Shown: positions 18,766-27,581 of the stretch, piece by piece
Layout of the letters: every line of letters begins with the position of its first letter
Numbering within the stretch: position 1 is the stretch's first letter
Origin: Geobacter sulfurreducens PCA
GTDB lineage: Bacteria > Desulfobacterota > Desulfuromonadia > Geobacterales > Geobacteraceae
Direction: 5' to 3'
Assembly (NCBI RefSeq): GCF_000007985.2
Contig: NC_002939.5
Coordinates: 2,280,001 to 2,312,000, forward strand
DNA length: 32,000 bases
Notes under the pieces: model-generated
What the model saw: the letters and a program-made list of their open reading frames with translations, nothing else
Databases searched by the model: none
Told to the model about the DNA's origin: nothing
Position numbers and translations under genes: made by a program

Positions 18766-19320
18766 TCAGCCGGCGGCCGGGGCCGAACCGGCCAGCGATT
18801 CCAGGACGGCCTCCAGGGTCTCTCCCCCCGTTGTCAGGTAGAGGGTGCCGTCGGTAACGGTCAGCTCCCAGGAGATGTTCCGTTCCAGCCCGGCTGCAAG
18901 TTGGGCGACCACGGCATGATCGATCCCCAGAACGCTCAGGTTCGGGACCCCGGTCAGCCGTGCCAGGTGCTGATCGTCCCAACGGAACCTGGCGGGGCCG
19001 CAGGCCAGGAGAACGACCCGCTCCGCATGGCGACACGCTTTCAGCAGCCGCTCCGGGTCAGGCGTACCAACCTCGACCCAGAGCGTCACCCGGCCATCGG
19101 GCCCCTTGCACCACAGGTCGGGCTCGTCTCCCGCGCAGATCCCCTTGGTGAAGGTCAGCTCAGGCTCGTACCAGAGGGCAAAGGCAAGCAGCCTCAAGAC
19201 GACCCGCTCCGCCGTCTCGGACGGATGCCGGGCAAGGGTGGTCTGTAGGGTCTCGTAGATGCCGCGGTCCACGTGCGAAAGCTGGACGACGGCGCGATGG
19301 ACTGTGGATGGCAGGGCCAT
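18766..19320 (-). CDS. yaeQ: YaeQ family protein
   Basis: ORF-track start 19479 trimmed to ATG at 19320, with AAGGAG 8 nt upstream. [49 protein letters not shown] closely parallels E. coli YaeQ as I recall it (MALKATIYKA...[21 protein letters not shown]). Confidence 0.85.
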   Translation of the reverse strand: [184 protein letters not shown]

Positions 19321-19348
19321 GCGGGATGCTCCTTGCGGGCAGGGAATG

Positions 19349-20986
19349 TCAGCAGGCCGCCAGGTGCAGCTGCTGCGATTTTTCGAGATAGTAGCCGTAA
19401 TTCCCTTCGTAGATCCGCATTTCACCATGATCGATCTCGAACACCCGGTCCACCAGCAGCCGGAGGAAGTGGCGGTCATGGCTCACCAGCACCACGGTTC
19501 CGGTAAAGTTCTGCAGCGCGTCCAGCAGAATCTCCCGCGAACGGATATCCAGGTGGTTGGTCGGCTCGTCCAGCACCAGGAAATTGAGGGGCCGGGCCAG
19601 GAGCGTGGCCAGCACCACCCGGCTTTTCTCGCCGCCGGAGAGATTCTCGATGCGCTTGTCCACCGCATCGCCCGAGAAGAGAAAGGCCCCCAGCAGGTTG
19701 CGGATCACGCCGATGGTCGCCAGGGGCATGGCGTCCTGCACGGTCTCGAATACGGTCTTTTTCGGATCGAGCAGTTCCATGGCGTGCTGGCTGAAGTAGC
19801 CCAGGGACACATTGGCGCCCAGGGCCACGCTGCCGTCGGTGGGCTCGGTCCGGCCGGCCAGGACCTTGAGGAAGGTGGACTTGCCGGCGCCATTGACCCC
19901 AACCACGGCGATCTTGTTCTGGCGGCGGATCACGCCGGACACGCCGCTGAAGACTGATTTTTCGCCGCCTCCCGGCAGGCTCCAGCTCTTGGCGAGCCCG
20001 TTGAACACGGCCACGTCGTCGCCGCTGCGAGGGGGGTCGTTGAACTCGAACCGGATCACCCGTTCCTCGGGAGGAATCTCGATCCGATCTATCTTTTCGA
20101 GCTTCTTCACCCGTGACTGGACCTGGGCCGCATGGGATGCCCGGGCCGCGAAGCGGGCAATGAACTCCTCTTCCTTGGCCAGCATCTCCTGCTGCCGCTT
20201 GTGGCTGGCCAGCAGCTGCTCGCGGCGGATGTCCCGCTCCCGCTCGTAGAAATCGTAATTGCCGCCGTAGGTGGTGACGGTCTTATCGGCCACTTCGATA
20301 ATGCGTGTCACGATCCGGTTCATGAAGTCCCGGTCGTGGCTCGTCATGAGCAGTGCGCCCGTGAACTCTCCGGCCAGCCACTCTTCGAGCCAGATAATCG
20401 ACTCCACGTCCAGGTGGTTGGTGGGCTCGTCCAGGAGCAGCACATCGGGTTGCAGGGTCAGAATGCCGGCCAGGGCAATGCGCATCTTCCAGCCGCCGCT
20501 GAAGGACTCCACCGGATGGTCGTAACGGTCCGGGCCGATGCCGAGCCCGGTCAGAATCGTCCGCGCCCGGGTGTCCAGGTCGTAACCGCCCCGGTGCTCG
20601 AACTCCTCCATGGCGGTGCCGTACCGCTCCAGCAGGGCCGCCATGGCATCATCGTCCATGGGCTCGGCCATGGCCGCCTCCATCTCCTTCAGCTCCGCCG
20701 CCAGGCGCACGGTCTCGGCCGAGACCGCCATGACCTCCTCCAGAGCCGTGCGGCCGGCCATTTCCCCCACGTCCTGCGAAAAATAGCCGATGGAGGTCCG
20801 CTTGGCGCAGGTGATCTCGCCGGCGTCCACCTCCTCCTCGCCGGTGATGATCCGGAAGATGGTCGTCTTGCCGGCGCCGTTGGGGCCCACCAGGCCGGTG
20901 CGGCTGCCGGGAAGGATCTGGAAGCTGGCGTCGCGGAACAGAAGCTGGTTGCCGTGTTGTTTGGTGATGTTCGAAAGATGGATCAT
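19349..20986 (-). CDS. ABC-F family ATPase (two fused ABC domains, no transmembrane domain)
   Basis: Trimmed to ATG at 20986 (AGGAG upstream), giving MIHLSNITKQHGN. There are two Walker A motifs (GPNGAGKTT, GVNGAGKST), two signature motifs (FSGGWKMR, LSGGEKSR) and a charged linker (RERDIRREQLLASHKRQQEMLAKEEEFI). Confidence 0.9.
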   Translation of the reverse strand: MIHLSNITKQHGNQLLFRDASFQILPGSRTGLVGPNGAGKTTIFRIITGEEEVDAGEITCAKRTSIGYFSQDVGEMAGRTALEEVMAVSAETVRLAAELKEMEAAMAEPMDDDAMAALLERYGTAMEEFEHRGGYDLDTRARTILTGLGIGPDRYDHPVESFSGGWKMRIALAGILTLQPDVLLLDEPTNHLDVESIIWLEEWLAGEFTGALLMTSHDRDFMNRIVTRIIEVADKTVTTYGGNYDFYERERDIRREQLLASHKRQQEMLAKEEEFIARFAARASHAAQVQSRVKKLEKIDRIEIPPEERVIRFEFNDPPRSGDDVAVFNGLAKSWSLPGGGEKSVFSGVSGVIRRQNKIAVVGVNGAGKSTFLKVLAGRTEPTDGSVALGANVSLGYFSQHAMELLDPKKTVFETVQDAMPLATIGVIRNLLGAFLFSGDAVDKRIENLSGGEKSRVVLATLLARPLNFLVLDEPTNHLDIRSREILLDALQNFTGTVVLVSHDRHFLRLLVDRVFEIDHGEMRIYEGNYGYYLEKSQQLHLAAC

Positions 20987-21228
20987 TGCCGCTCCTGCCG
21001 GAAAAGTGAACTGCTTCACCTATCACGACCGGCACGGGGTGACAACTGTTTTTTGAGGTGCGGCGGGACGCATGGAGCGGCGATCCGGTCGCGGACAGCC
21101 GCTCCGTGCCGGTTTATTGCCCGTCGGGTGCGTTGCAGCGTTTACCGGGACGGCTGCACGGTGACAGGCTCTGGCACAGGCTCCTCGTGAGCGGTGGTAT
21201 GCACCCTGACCGGGGCAGTTTCGGAGAT

Positions 21229-22218
21229 TCAACCGTGGCCACGGTCTTCACTCACACAATCGCTCAGCAGCAAATTTCTTTTATTGAGAGCTCCCACGAA
21301 GCAATCCACAAGTGCGGGATCAAGTGCATTTCCCTTCATTGAGAGGAGGATTTCAACTCCTTTTTGCAAACTATAGGCTCGACGATAGGGCCTTTCAGTC
21401 GTCAGCGCATCATAAACATCGGCAACGGCGACGATCCGTGCCGCCACGGGAATCGCCTCTCCGGCGAGCCGATGGGGATAGCCTTCTCCGTCAAAGCGTT
21501 CATGGTGATAAAGCACGATATTCACGACTGCCGTAGGCAGCTGTGCCTGTCTGGCCATTTCAGCACCCATTACAGGATGCTTCTTTATGGTGTCGAACTC
21601 GCGTGCCGCCACAGGACCGCCGAAGTTGAGAATAGCCTCGGGCACCCCGATCTTGCCGCAGTCGTGAAGCCAACTGCCATAACGGAGGTCCTTGCGCATC
21701 TGCGGCGAAAGCCGCAGTTCATCGGCAATCATCAGGGCGTAGGAGGCAACCCTGCCGCAGTGGCCCCGGGTGTAGGGATCCTTCAACTCGATGGTCTGGG
21801 CAAGGCCCTGAATAACCGTCTCGTCCTCACGGGCAAGGGTGGATAGTGTCAGATAGCGGTGTATTGACTGCTCCACCATCGTCACCAGCTCATCGTTATC
21901 CCACGGTTTGACCACGAACCGGTACACCTCGCCGCGGTTGATCGCCTCAAGGGCGGAGGGGAGGTCGGTATAGGACGTCATCAGGATATTGACCGTCTTG
22001 GGGGCAATGTTTTTCAGCCGGCTGAAAAACTCCACGCCCCGCATACCGGGCATCATGTTGTCTGCCACGACCACTGCAATCTCGTGCCGTTCAAAGAGCG
22101 ACAGGGCCTCGACCGCACTCCCGGCCCGCAACACGTCCATTCCCGTGTCGGCAAAAAGCCGTACCAGAGATTTAAGGATATGCTCTTCATCATCAACAAA
22201 CAGGATACTAACACTCAT
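21229..22218 (-). CDS. Response regulator with receiver domain and HD-GYP cyclic-dinucleotide phosphodiesterase domain
   Basis: Trimmed to ATG at 22218 (GGAGG upstream). The receiver region reads SILFVDDEEHILKSL...VVVADNMMPGM...KPW. The HD-GYP region has HDCGKIGVP and HHERFDGEGYP. Confidence 0.88.
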   Translation of the reverse strand: MSVSILFVDDEEHILKSLVRLFADTGMDVLRAGSAVEALSLFERHEIAVVVADNMMPGMRGVEFFSRLKNIAPKTVNILMTSYTDLPSALEAINRGEVYRFVVKPWDNDELVTMVEQSIHRYLTLSTLAREDETVIQGLAQTIELKDPYTRGHCGRVASYALMIADELRLSPQMRKDLRYGSWLHDCGKIGVPEAILNFGGPVAAREFDTIKKHPVMGAEMARQAQLPTAVVNIVLYHHERFDGEGYPHRLAGEAIPVAARIVAVADVYDALTTERPYRRAYSLQKGVEILLSMKGNALDPALVDCFVGALNKRNLLLSDCVSEDRGHG

Positions 22219-22506
22219 GTACACCCCTCCATTCGGAAACCAGCCCCCCACCCTCATCCTCTCCCATTGCCAGAGTTCGGAGTCGGAACCAGTCACAGCG
22301 ATAGTATTTCACGACAACCTCATCAATGGGCTCACCCCCAGACGGCAGCAATCGCGCCGGGGGCCGAACGCGATCGGAGACATCCCGATTTGAAATCAAC
22401 CCTTTTCATAACGTATCGGATAATCGCGCATAATCCTGTGCGCGGAACCATCGGGAAATTCCTGACAAGGCCTTCCGAAACCCCTGACTGCCTATCGCAT
22501 TCCCCG

Positions 22507-22546
22507 AAAAAAATCCCCGATACCGTCCGAAGGCGGTATCGGGGAT
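22507..22546 (-). terminator. Strong intrinsic terminator (second of a tandem pair), minus strand
   Basis: 13-bp perfect stem ATCCCCGATACCG / CGGTATCGGGGAT plus 2 inner bp around a GAA loop. Seven U follow on the minus strand (A-run at 22507-22513 on plus). Confidence 0.65.
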
Positions 22547-22707
22547 TCGCGGAGAGTGGGTGGTATAGTAGAAGCGCCGGGCAATAAAATCAGCAGGTCC
22601 CCGAAATCTCCCCGCCGCTGCGCAGGGCCCGCCGCGGCAGTCGGGCTGCCATGGCATAGCCTGCACATTTGTTTGAACACCGTGCGGACACGCTGGCACG
22701 ACACGAC

Positions 22708-22738
22708 AAAAAAGGGACCGGATTCGCAATCCGGTCCC
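22708..22738 (-). terminator. Intrinsic terminator of the CODH operon, minus strand
   Basis: 10-bp perfect stem GGGACCGGAT / ATCCGGTCCC with a 5-nt loop. Six U follow on the minus strand (A-run at 22708-22713). It starts 73 nt past the oxidoreductase stop. Confidence 0.7.
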
Positions 22739-22811
22739 TGAGCGGTAGCAATAGGCATCTGCCCTCTCCCCCTTCGCACCGCAACGGCGCCGCGTGCAGA
22801 GGGGCGACAGG

Positions 22812-24080
22812 CTATCCGGCCATGACGCCCTGCATCCCGTACCCCCGCCCGGACGCCCTGCCGGCGCCGCATCCGGTCACCTGCCGGTAGTATGCATCGT
22901 GGCGCGGGGAGGAGAGGATGGTGCGGATTGTGCCGTCGACCCGCTGACGCGAGACGTAGAGCTGATAGACGTATCCCGACATCTTCGTGTCGCCGATGAT
23001 GATGTAGCCGTTGATCATGCCGTCCTTCAGGTAGACCCGGCGCCAGACGTCGCCCCGCTGCCAGGTGACCGGCTCGCCCGTGAAGCTGCCCGCCGAGACG
23101 ATGGGAAAGTCGATGTGCTTCTTGAGCACGTTCGTATTGACCGAGCCGGCGTAGCTGCCGTCGCCGTTCAACAGGTGCCGTGCGGCGGTGCGGGCCTGGC
23201 GCATGGCGTTGGGATAGGTGGCATAAACCCCGGCCTCGCCGGTGACCGCATGGGGGGTGACGGCCACGTCCCCGGCTGCGTAGATGCCCGCTTCCGCCAG
23301 CATCTGCCGGTCCGACGGCACCCCCTTGTCGTCGCCGCGCAGGGGCTCCGAGTTGGGGGAGACTCCGATTGCCACGATCAGCAGCTTCGTCTCCCTGGCG
23401 GTGCCGTCGGAGAAACGGACCGCTGAGAGCTCTCCCCCCGTGGTCACGATGTCGGCCACCGTGGTCCTGAGCCGGATGTCCATCCCGGTCTTTTCCACCA
23501 GTTTCGCGGTGGCGAACTGCCCCCCCTCTTCGTCCGTCATCTGGGACAGGACCCGGGTGTTGCGGTGGACCAGGGTGATGGCGAGCCCGCGGTGCCACAG
23601 GGCCAGGGCCGCGTCCACCCCGATGAAGCCGCCGCCGAACACGACCGCCTCGCCCACGTTGTGCTCGCGGATGTAGCGGTCGATGGCAACCATGTCCGAC
23701 AGAGTCTTGAAACCGAAGACGCCCCGGGTGTCGAGCCAGTCGGGCCGGGGATACCAGCTGCGGGCGCCAGCGGCGTAGAAGAGGCGGTCGTACTGTTCGC
23801 TCCGTCCCGATGCGGTCCGCACCAGCCGCCGCTCCGCATCCACCTCCACCACCGGGTCGGCCAGGCGCGGCGTCACGCGGTAGCGGCCGTAGAAGTCGCT
23901 CCCCTTCCAGTAGACGGTCTCCAGCGGCTCACCGGCCAGGTAGAAGGGGATGACGCAGGGGGAATAGGGAGCAAATTCCTCGTCACCGCACATGACGATC
24001 TCGCCCGCGAATCCGTCGAGCCTGAGCCGCTCGACGAACTCGGCGGCCGCCATTCCCGTCCCCACGGTTACCACCTTCAT
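22812..24080 (-). CDS. FAD-dependent pyridine nucleotide-disulfide oxidoreductase family protein (CODH-associated NAD(P) oxidoreductase)
   Basis: MKVVTVGTGMAAAEF is the FAD dinucleotide fold, VVFGGGFIGVDAA is the second (NAD(P)) fold, and IYAAGDVA is also present. The ATG at 24080 overlaps the cooF TGA by 1 nt, with GGAGG 6 nt upstream. Confidence 0.85.
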   Translation of the reverse strand: MKVVTVGTGMAAAEFVERLRLDGFAGEIVMCGDEEFAPYSPCVIPFYLAGEPLETVYWKGSDFYGRYRVTPRLADPVVEVDAERRLVRTASGRSEQYDRLFYAAGARSWYPRPDWLDTRGVFGFKTLSDMVAIDRYIREHNVGEAVVFGGGFIGVDAALALWHRGLAITLVHRNTRVLSQMTDEEGGQFATAKLVEKTGMDIRLRTTVADIVTTGGELSAVRFSDGTARETKLLIVAIGVSPNSEPLRGDDKGVPSDRQMLAEAGIYAAGDVAVTPHAVTGEAGVYATYPNAMRQARTAARHLLNGDGSYAGSVNTNVLKKHIDFPIVSAGSFTGEPVTWQRGDVWRRVYLKDGMINGYIIIGDTKMSGYVYQLYVSRQRVDGTIRTILSSPRHDAYYRQVTGCGAGRASGRGYGMQGVMAG

Positions 24081-24673
24081 CACTCACCTCCGCGGCGCCG
24101 GGCAAACTCTTTCCGGCGCATCTCCCGCAGCAGTTCGAGGCCGGGCGGCAGTCCTTCCCTGCCAAGGAGGTAGTGCCGCAAGCTTTTGGCGGCCCGTTCG
24201 GCGCGGACGGCCCCGTACTCGGCAAAGACGAGGGCGCCGGAATGGCAGGCCTCGACACAGGCTGGAGTCCCCCCTTCCCTGACCCGTGGGGTGCACAGGT
24301 CGCACTTGTGGGCCACGTCCCGGCCGTAGTCGGAGCGGTGGGTGGCCTTGAAGGAAATGGCATCGAAGGGGCAGACCATGGCGCACATCGCGCAGGCCTT
24401 GCAGCGCGCCGGGTCCAGGATGACCGCGCCGTTTTCCGGGTCCCGGCCCAGGGCGCCCGAGGGGCAGGCATCGAGGCACTCGGCCGGGTCGCAGTGCCGG
24501 CAGGAGAGCGGAAATGCCTCCTCGTCGATGCCGAGCACCCGGACATTCACTTCGGTCCGGTCGTCGCCGAGGGCGGCCAGGAGGGAGCCGCCGGGATGGT
24601 GCCGCACGGCGCACGCGGTTTCGCAGGCCTTGCAGGCGAGGCACTTTTTGTAATCGACGAATATCCGTTTCAT
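24080..24673 (-). CDS. cooF: CooF-like 4Fe-4S ferredoxin-type iron-sulfur protein
   Basis: Trimmed to ATG at 24673 (GAGGGAGA upstream). The four Cys clusters are CLACKACETAC, CRHCDPAECLDACP, CKACAMCAMVCP and CDLC...ACVEAC. Confidence 0.85.
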   Translation of the reverse strand: MKRIFVDYKKCLACKACETACAVRHHPGGSLLAALGDDRTEVNVRVLGIDEEAFPLSCRHCDPAECLDACPSGALGRDPENGAVILDPARCKACAMCAMVCPFDAISFKATHRSDYGRDVAHKCDLCTPRVREGGTPACVEACHSGALVFAEYGAVRAERAAKSLRHYLLGREGLPPGLELLREMRRKEFARRRGGE

Positions 24674-24689
24674 TGCAGGGTCTCCCTCG

Positions 24690-25568
24690 TCAATGGGCAT
24701 GGTGATGGTGGCGGGCATGGTCGCGGGGAGAGGCGCAGGGGCACGGCGGGGAGCAGAGCACTGATGCCAGGCGGGTCACTGCCGCCGCGTAGCCGCTGTG
24801 GCGGTCGGCCATGATCCGTGCCACGTGGGGGTCCAGAGTCTGCAGGAGCGGTTCCGCCGGCAGTTGTACCACCCTGTCGAAGATATCCGGCAGGCTCTGC
24901 CCGGTCTCCCGCTGGAATCGCTCCAGCCGGAGGTCGTCGCCGGTGACCCGGTTCACGGCCAGGTGGACCAGCCCGATGCCGGACTCGCGGGCCAGGGCGG
25001 CGGACTGGAGGGCGACGCTCAGGGCGTTGAAGGAGGAATCCGCCACTACCACGCACTGGCCGAACCCCTTGGCAAGGGATCGGCCGAAGTGCTCCATCCC
25101 CGCCTGGGTGTCGAGCAGGATCGCCTCGTTCATCCGCAGGGCCAGGTGCCGGATCGTGGCGTCGAGGAGCACGTTCTCGGCGCAGAGGCAACCGCCCCCC
25201 GCCTGTTTCACGGTCCCCATCACCAGCAGGCTCAGGTTCTCGGCCACCTTCAGCCCGAGCCGGCTCACCACATCATCCACGTCGGGGTTGAGCTTGAAGA
25301 GCGCGCCCCACCCGTTCCGGCCGGGCCTGATCCCGGTCTTCTCCTCGATGTAATCGGCGTGCCGGTTCAGGGGCACGATGCCGGCCGCCTCCTCGTACGG
25401 GACGCCGAGGGCGTTGGGCAGGTTCATCTGGGGGTCCTCATCCACGGCGAGGACATGGGTTCCGGCCCCGGCCAGGACCGTGGCGAGGCACGAGGTGAGG
25501 GTGGTTTTCCCCACCCCCCCCTTTCCGGTAATCACGACGCGCATTCCGGGCGACTGCGGCTGGCACAT
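24690..25568 (-). CDS. cooC: CO dehydrogenase nickel-insertion ATPase CooC with a Cys/His-rich C-terminal tail
   Basis: Only the last 292 codons of ORF-track entry 24690..26624 are taken. The ATG at 25568 has GGGAGGGGAG 5 nt upstream and lies 17 nt after the cooS stop. It has a deviant Walker A (GKGGVGKTT) and a CxC metal site (GGGCLCAEN). The tail reads CSPPCPCASPRDHARHHHHAH. Confidence 0.88.
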   Translation of the reverse strand: MCQPQSPGMRVVITGKGGVGKTTLTSCLATVLAGAGTHVLAVDEDPQMNLPNALGVPYEEAAGIVPLNRHADYIEEKTGIRPGRNGWGALFKLNPDVDDVVSRLGLKVAENLSLLVMGTVKQAGGGCLCAENVLLDATIRHLALRMNEAILLDTQAGMEHFGRSLAKGFGQCVVVADSSFNALSVALQSAALARESGIGLVHLAVNRVTGDDLRLERFQRETGQSLPDIFDRVVQLPAEPLLQTLDPHVARIMADRHSGYAAAVTRLASVLCSPPCPCASPRDHARHHHHAH

Positions 25569-25585
25569 GACGACTCCCCTCCCTG

Positions 25586-27508
25586 TCAGATCCCGAGGGC
25601 GGCGCGCCGCTCCATGATGATCTGCTCCATCCGGTCGGCCGTGGCCTTCGGGTCTTCCTCCACGAAGAACCACCCGCCCAGGACATCCTTGGCGTCGCTG
25701 GTGAGGATCTTCGTTACCTGCGGTCCGCCCAGGATGGGCGGCAGCGGCCACAGGTGCACGGGAATGCCCGAGCCGACGAAATAGGTGCCGATGGCGACCG
25801 CCTTCTCCGTGGTCCATTCGGGCGCGGACCCGACCAGGGGCAGATCGGAAATGTCCACCTGCAGGTGATCCGCCAGGGCCCCGGCCAGGTTGAGCATCCG
25901 CGAGCAGTCGACGCACGAGCCCATGTGGAGGACCGGTGGAATCCCCAGCTGGCCGCATACCGCCTGGAGCCCCGGTCCGGCCAGCTCGCGGGCGGGCAGG
26001 TCCATGAGCCCCGACTTTGCCGCGGCAATGGCCCAGCAGCCGGTGCCGATCACGAGGATGTCGCGCTTGATCAGCTCCTCGGTCAGGGTGCGGTGGAAGA
26101 AATCCTGCTGCACCTTCACGTTGTTGCAGCCGACGATGCCGGCGACCCCCTTGATGGTCCCCGTGACAATCAGGTCGATCAGGGGCTGGGGCGTTCCGCC
26201 GAGCGCCTTGAGGATCTCCTCCACGGTGAAGCCGACAATGGCGGTGCTGGTGTGCTGCGGGATGTAGACACGGGCCTTGTTGCGGTTCGGGAAGGCGTCG
26301 ATGGCGGTCTTGATGATGCGGGTGGCGATGGCGTCGGCCTCGTGCTCTTCGAACTGGATGTGGAGCGCGCCGGGGATCTTGGCCTGTTCGCTCGTGGTGA
26401 CGAACTTGGTGTGGAAGCAGGAGGCGAGATCGGCCAGGGCCGGGTAGATGCACTGCACGTCCACCACCATGGCGTCGACGGCACCGGTCATGATGGCCAG
26501 CTCGCTGTGGGACTCGTTCCCCGCCATGCCGACCCCCTGGCGCAGCAGCACCTCGTTGCCGGTGCAGCAGAGCCCCACCACGTTGACCCGCTTGGCCCCC
26601 ACGGCCTCGGCCGCGGCGCGACATTCGGGGGACTGGGCCATCTCCACCACCTTGGCCGACAGGATGGGCTCGTGGCCGTGGACCACCACGTTGACGCTCT
26701 CCGCCTCCAGCACGCCGAGATTGGCCTTCACCGGCCTGATGATGGGCGAGCCGAGCAGGATGTCCTGCAGCTCGGTGGCGATCAGGGAGCCCCCCCAGCC
26801 GTCGGAAAGGGAGCAGCGGACAGATTGGGCCACCAGGGAAAGGGGATCGTGGTCGCAGCCGAAGTGGGTGCGGTGCAGGATGTCAACGGCCTCCCGGTCG
26901 ATGGCCCGCGGCAGGAGCCCGGTCTTCGCGCCCGTGGTGCGGTAGAGGGTCTCCTCCAGCTCCCGCAGGCGCTGGAACCGCTTCTTGGGCATGTACTTCT
27001 CCATGAAGACGATGGGCTCTTCCCCCTGGTTGCCGAAACAGTCGATGGCCACCGCTGCCACGTCGCCGGCTATCTCGGCGGTCGACCGGCCGGCCGTGGG
27101 GATGCCCAGGCGCTCCGCAACCGCCGTGAGCTTGTCCGGGTCGGCAATGTGGTAGTCGGTGTTGCTGCCGTTGGCCACCGCCTTGAGGAGCAGCGCCACC
27201 TTCCGGCCGTGATCGGAGTGGGAGGAGGAACCAACCGCGGCCATCCGGGCCAAGTTGCGCGCCACCATCGTATCGGCGGTGGCCCCGCAGACCCCGCGGG
27301 TGGGGCCGTCGCCGAAGGGGTCGATCCGGCACGGTCCCATGGAGCAGATCCGGCAGCAGGTGCCGAGCTGGCCGTAGCTGCATTGGGGCTGCTGCTGTTC
27401 GTAACGCTCCCAGATGGTTGCGTATCCTTCGCGGTCGGCGATACGCAGCATCTCCTTCGCGGCCGGATCGATACTGCGGCTGTCATGACCGTTGCGTGCC
27501 TGGTCCAT
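25586..27508 (-). CDS. cooS: Anaerobic Ni,Fe carbon monoxide dehydrogenase catalytic subunit
   Basis: Trimmed to ATG at 27508 (GGGAGGAG upstream). The N-terminal D/B-cluster motif is CSYGQLGTCCRICSMGPCR. The protein is 640 aa and CooS-like throughout (e.g. VVHGHEP, GLCCTGNE, GSCVDCSR). Confidence 0.95.
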   Translation of the reverse strand: MDQARNGHDSRSIDPAAKEMLRIADREGYATIWERYEQQQPQCSYGQLGTCCRICSMGPCRIDPFGDGPTRGVCGATADTMVARNLARMAAVGSSSHSDHGRKVALLLKAVANGSNTDYHIADPDKLTAVAERLGIPTAGRSTAEIAGDVAAVAIDCFGNQGEEPIVFMEKYMPKKRFQRLRELEETLYRTTGAKTGLLPRAIDREAVDILHRTHFGCDHDPLSLVAQSVRCSLSDGWGGSLIATELQDILLGSPIIRPVKANLGVLEAESVNVVVHGHEPILSAKVVEMAQSPECRAAAEAVGAKRVNVVGLCCTGNEVLLRQGVGMAGNESHSELAIMTGAVDAMVVDVQCIYPALADLASCFHTKFVTTSEQAKIPGALHIQFEEHEADAIATRIIKTAIDAFPNRNKARVYIPQHTSTAIVGFTVEEILKALGGTPQPLIDLIVTGTIKGVAGIVGCNNVKVQQDFFHRTLTEELIKRDILVIGTGCWAIAAAKSGLMDLPARELAGPGLQAVCGQLGIPPVLHMGSCVDCSRMLNLAGALADHLQVDISDLPLVGSAPEWTTEKAVAIGTYFVGSGIPVHLWPLPPILGGPQVTKILTSDAKDVLGGWFFVEEDPKATADRMEQIIMERRAALGI

Positions 27509-27581
27509 ATGCTCCTCCCTCGCGTTGTGCAGGTGTGGTTTTCCTACCTGTAGCCGAAGTGACCATGAAATGCCAGCCGAC

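Noticed and set aside
21233-21244. Perfect 12-bp palindrome CCGTGGCCACGG at the 3' end of the response-regulator gene, considered as a terminator
   Set aside because: It lies just inside the CDS, 2 nt upstream of the stop codon (21229-21231). It cannot form a stable loop (at best a 4-bp stem) and has no U-tract.
22406-22784. Minus-strand ORFs 22406..22729 (107 aa) and 22590..22784 (64 aa) between the CODH operon and the response regulator
   Set aside because: Both read straight through intrinsic terminator hairpins, lack an SD, and are Arg/Gly/Pro/Cys-rich. The region is better explained as non-coding (see the tandem-terminator finding).
25569-26624. N-terminal 352 codons of the 644-aa ORF 24690..26624
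   Set aside because: This part lies out of frame inside cooS and is Arg/Gly/Pro-rich nonsense. The real gene (cooC) begins at ATG 25568, with a strong SD 17 nt after the cooS stop and a canonical GKGGVGKTT N-terminus.
27559-27576. CTGGCATTTCATGGTCAC (cooS sense) looked like a sigma54 -24/-12 promoter
   Set aside because: The -12 position reads GGTC instead of TTGC, so the obligatory GC dinucleotide is not at the 12-nt offset from GG. TGGCACGACACGACA at 22693-22707 and TGGCACAGGCTCCTC at 21171-21185 fail in the same way.
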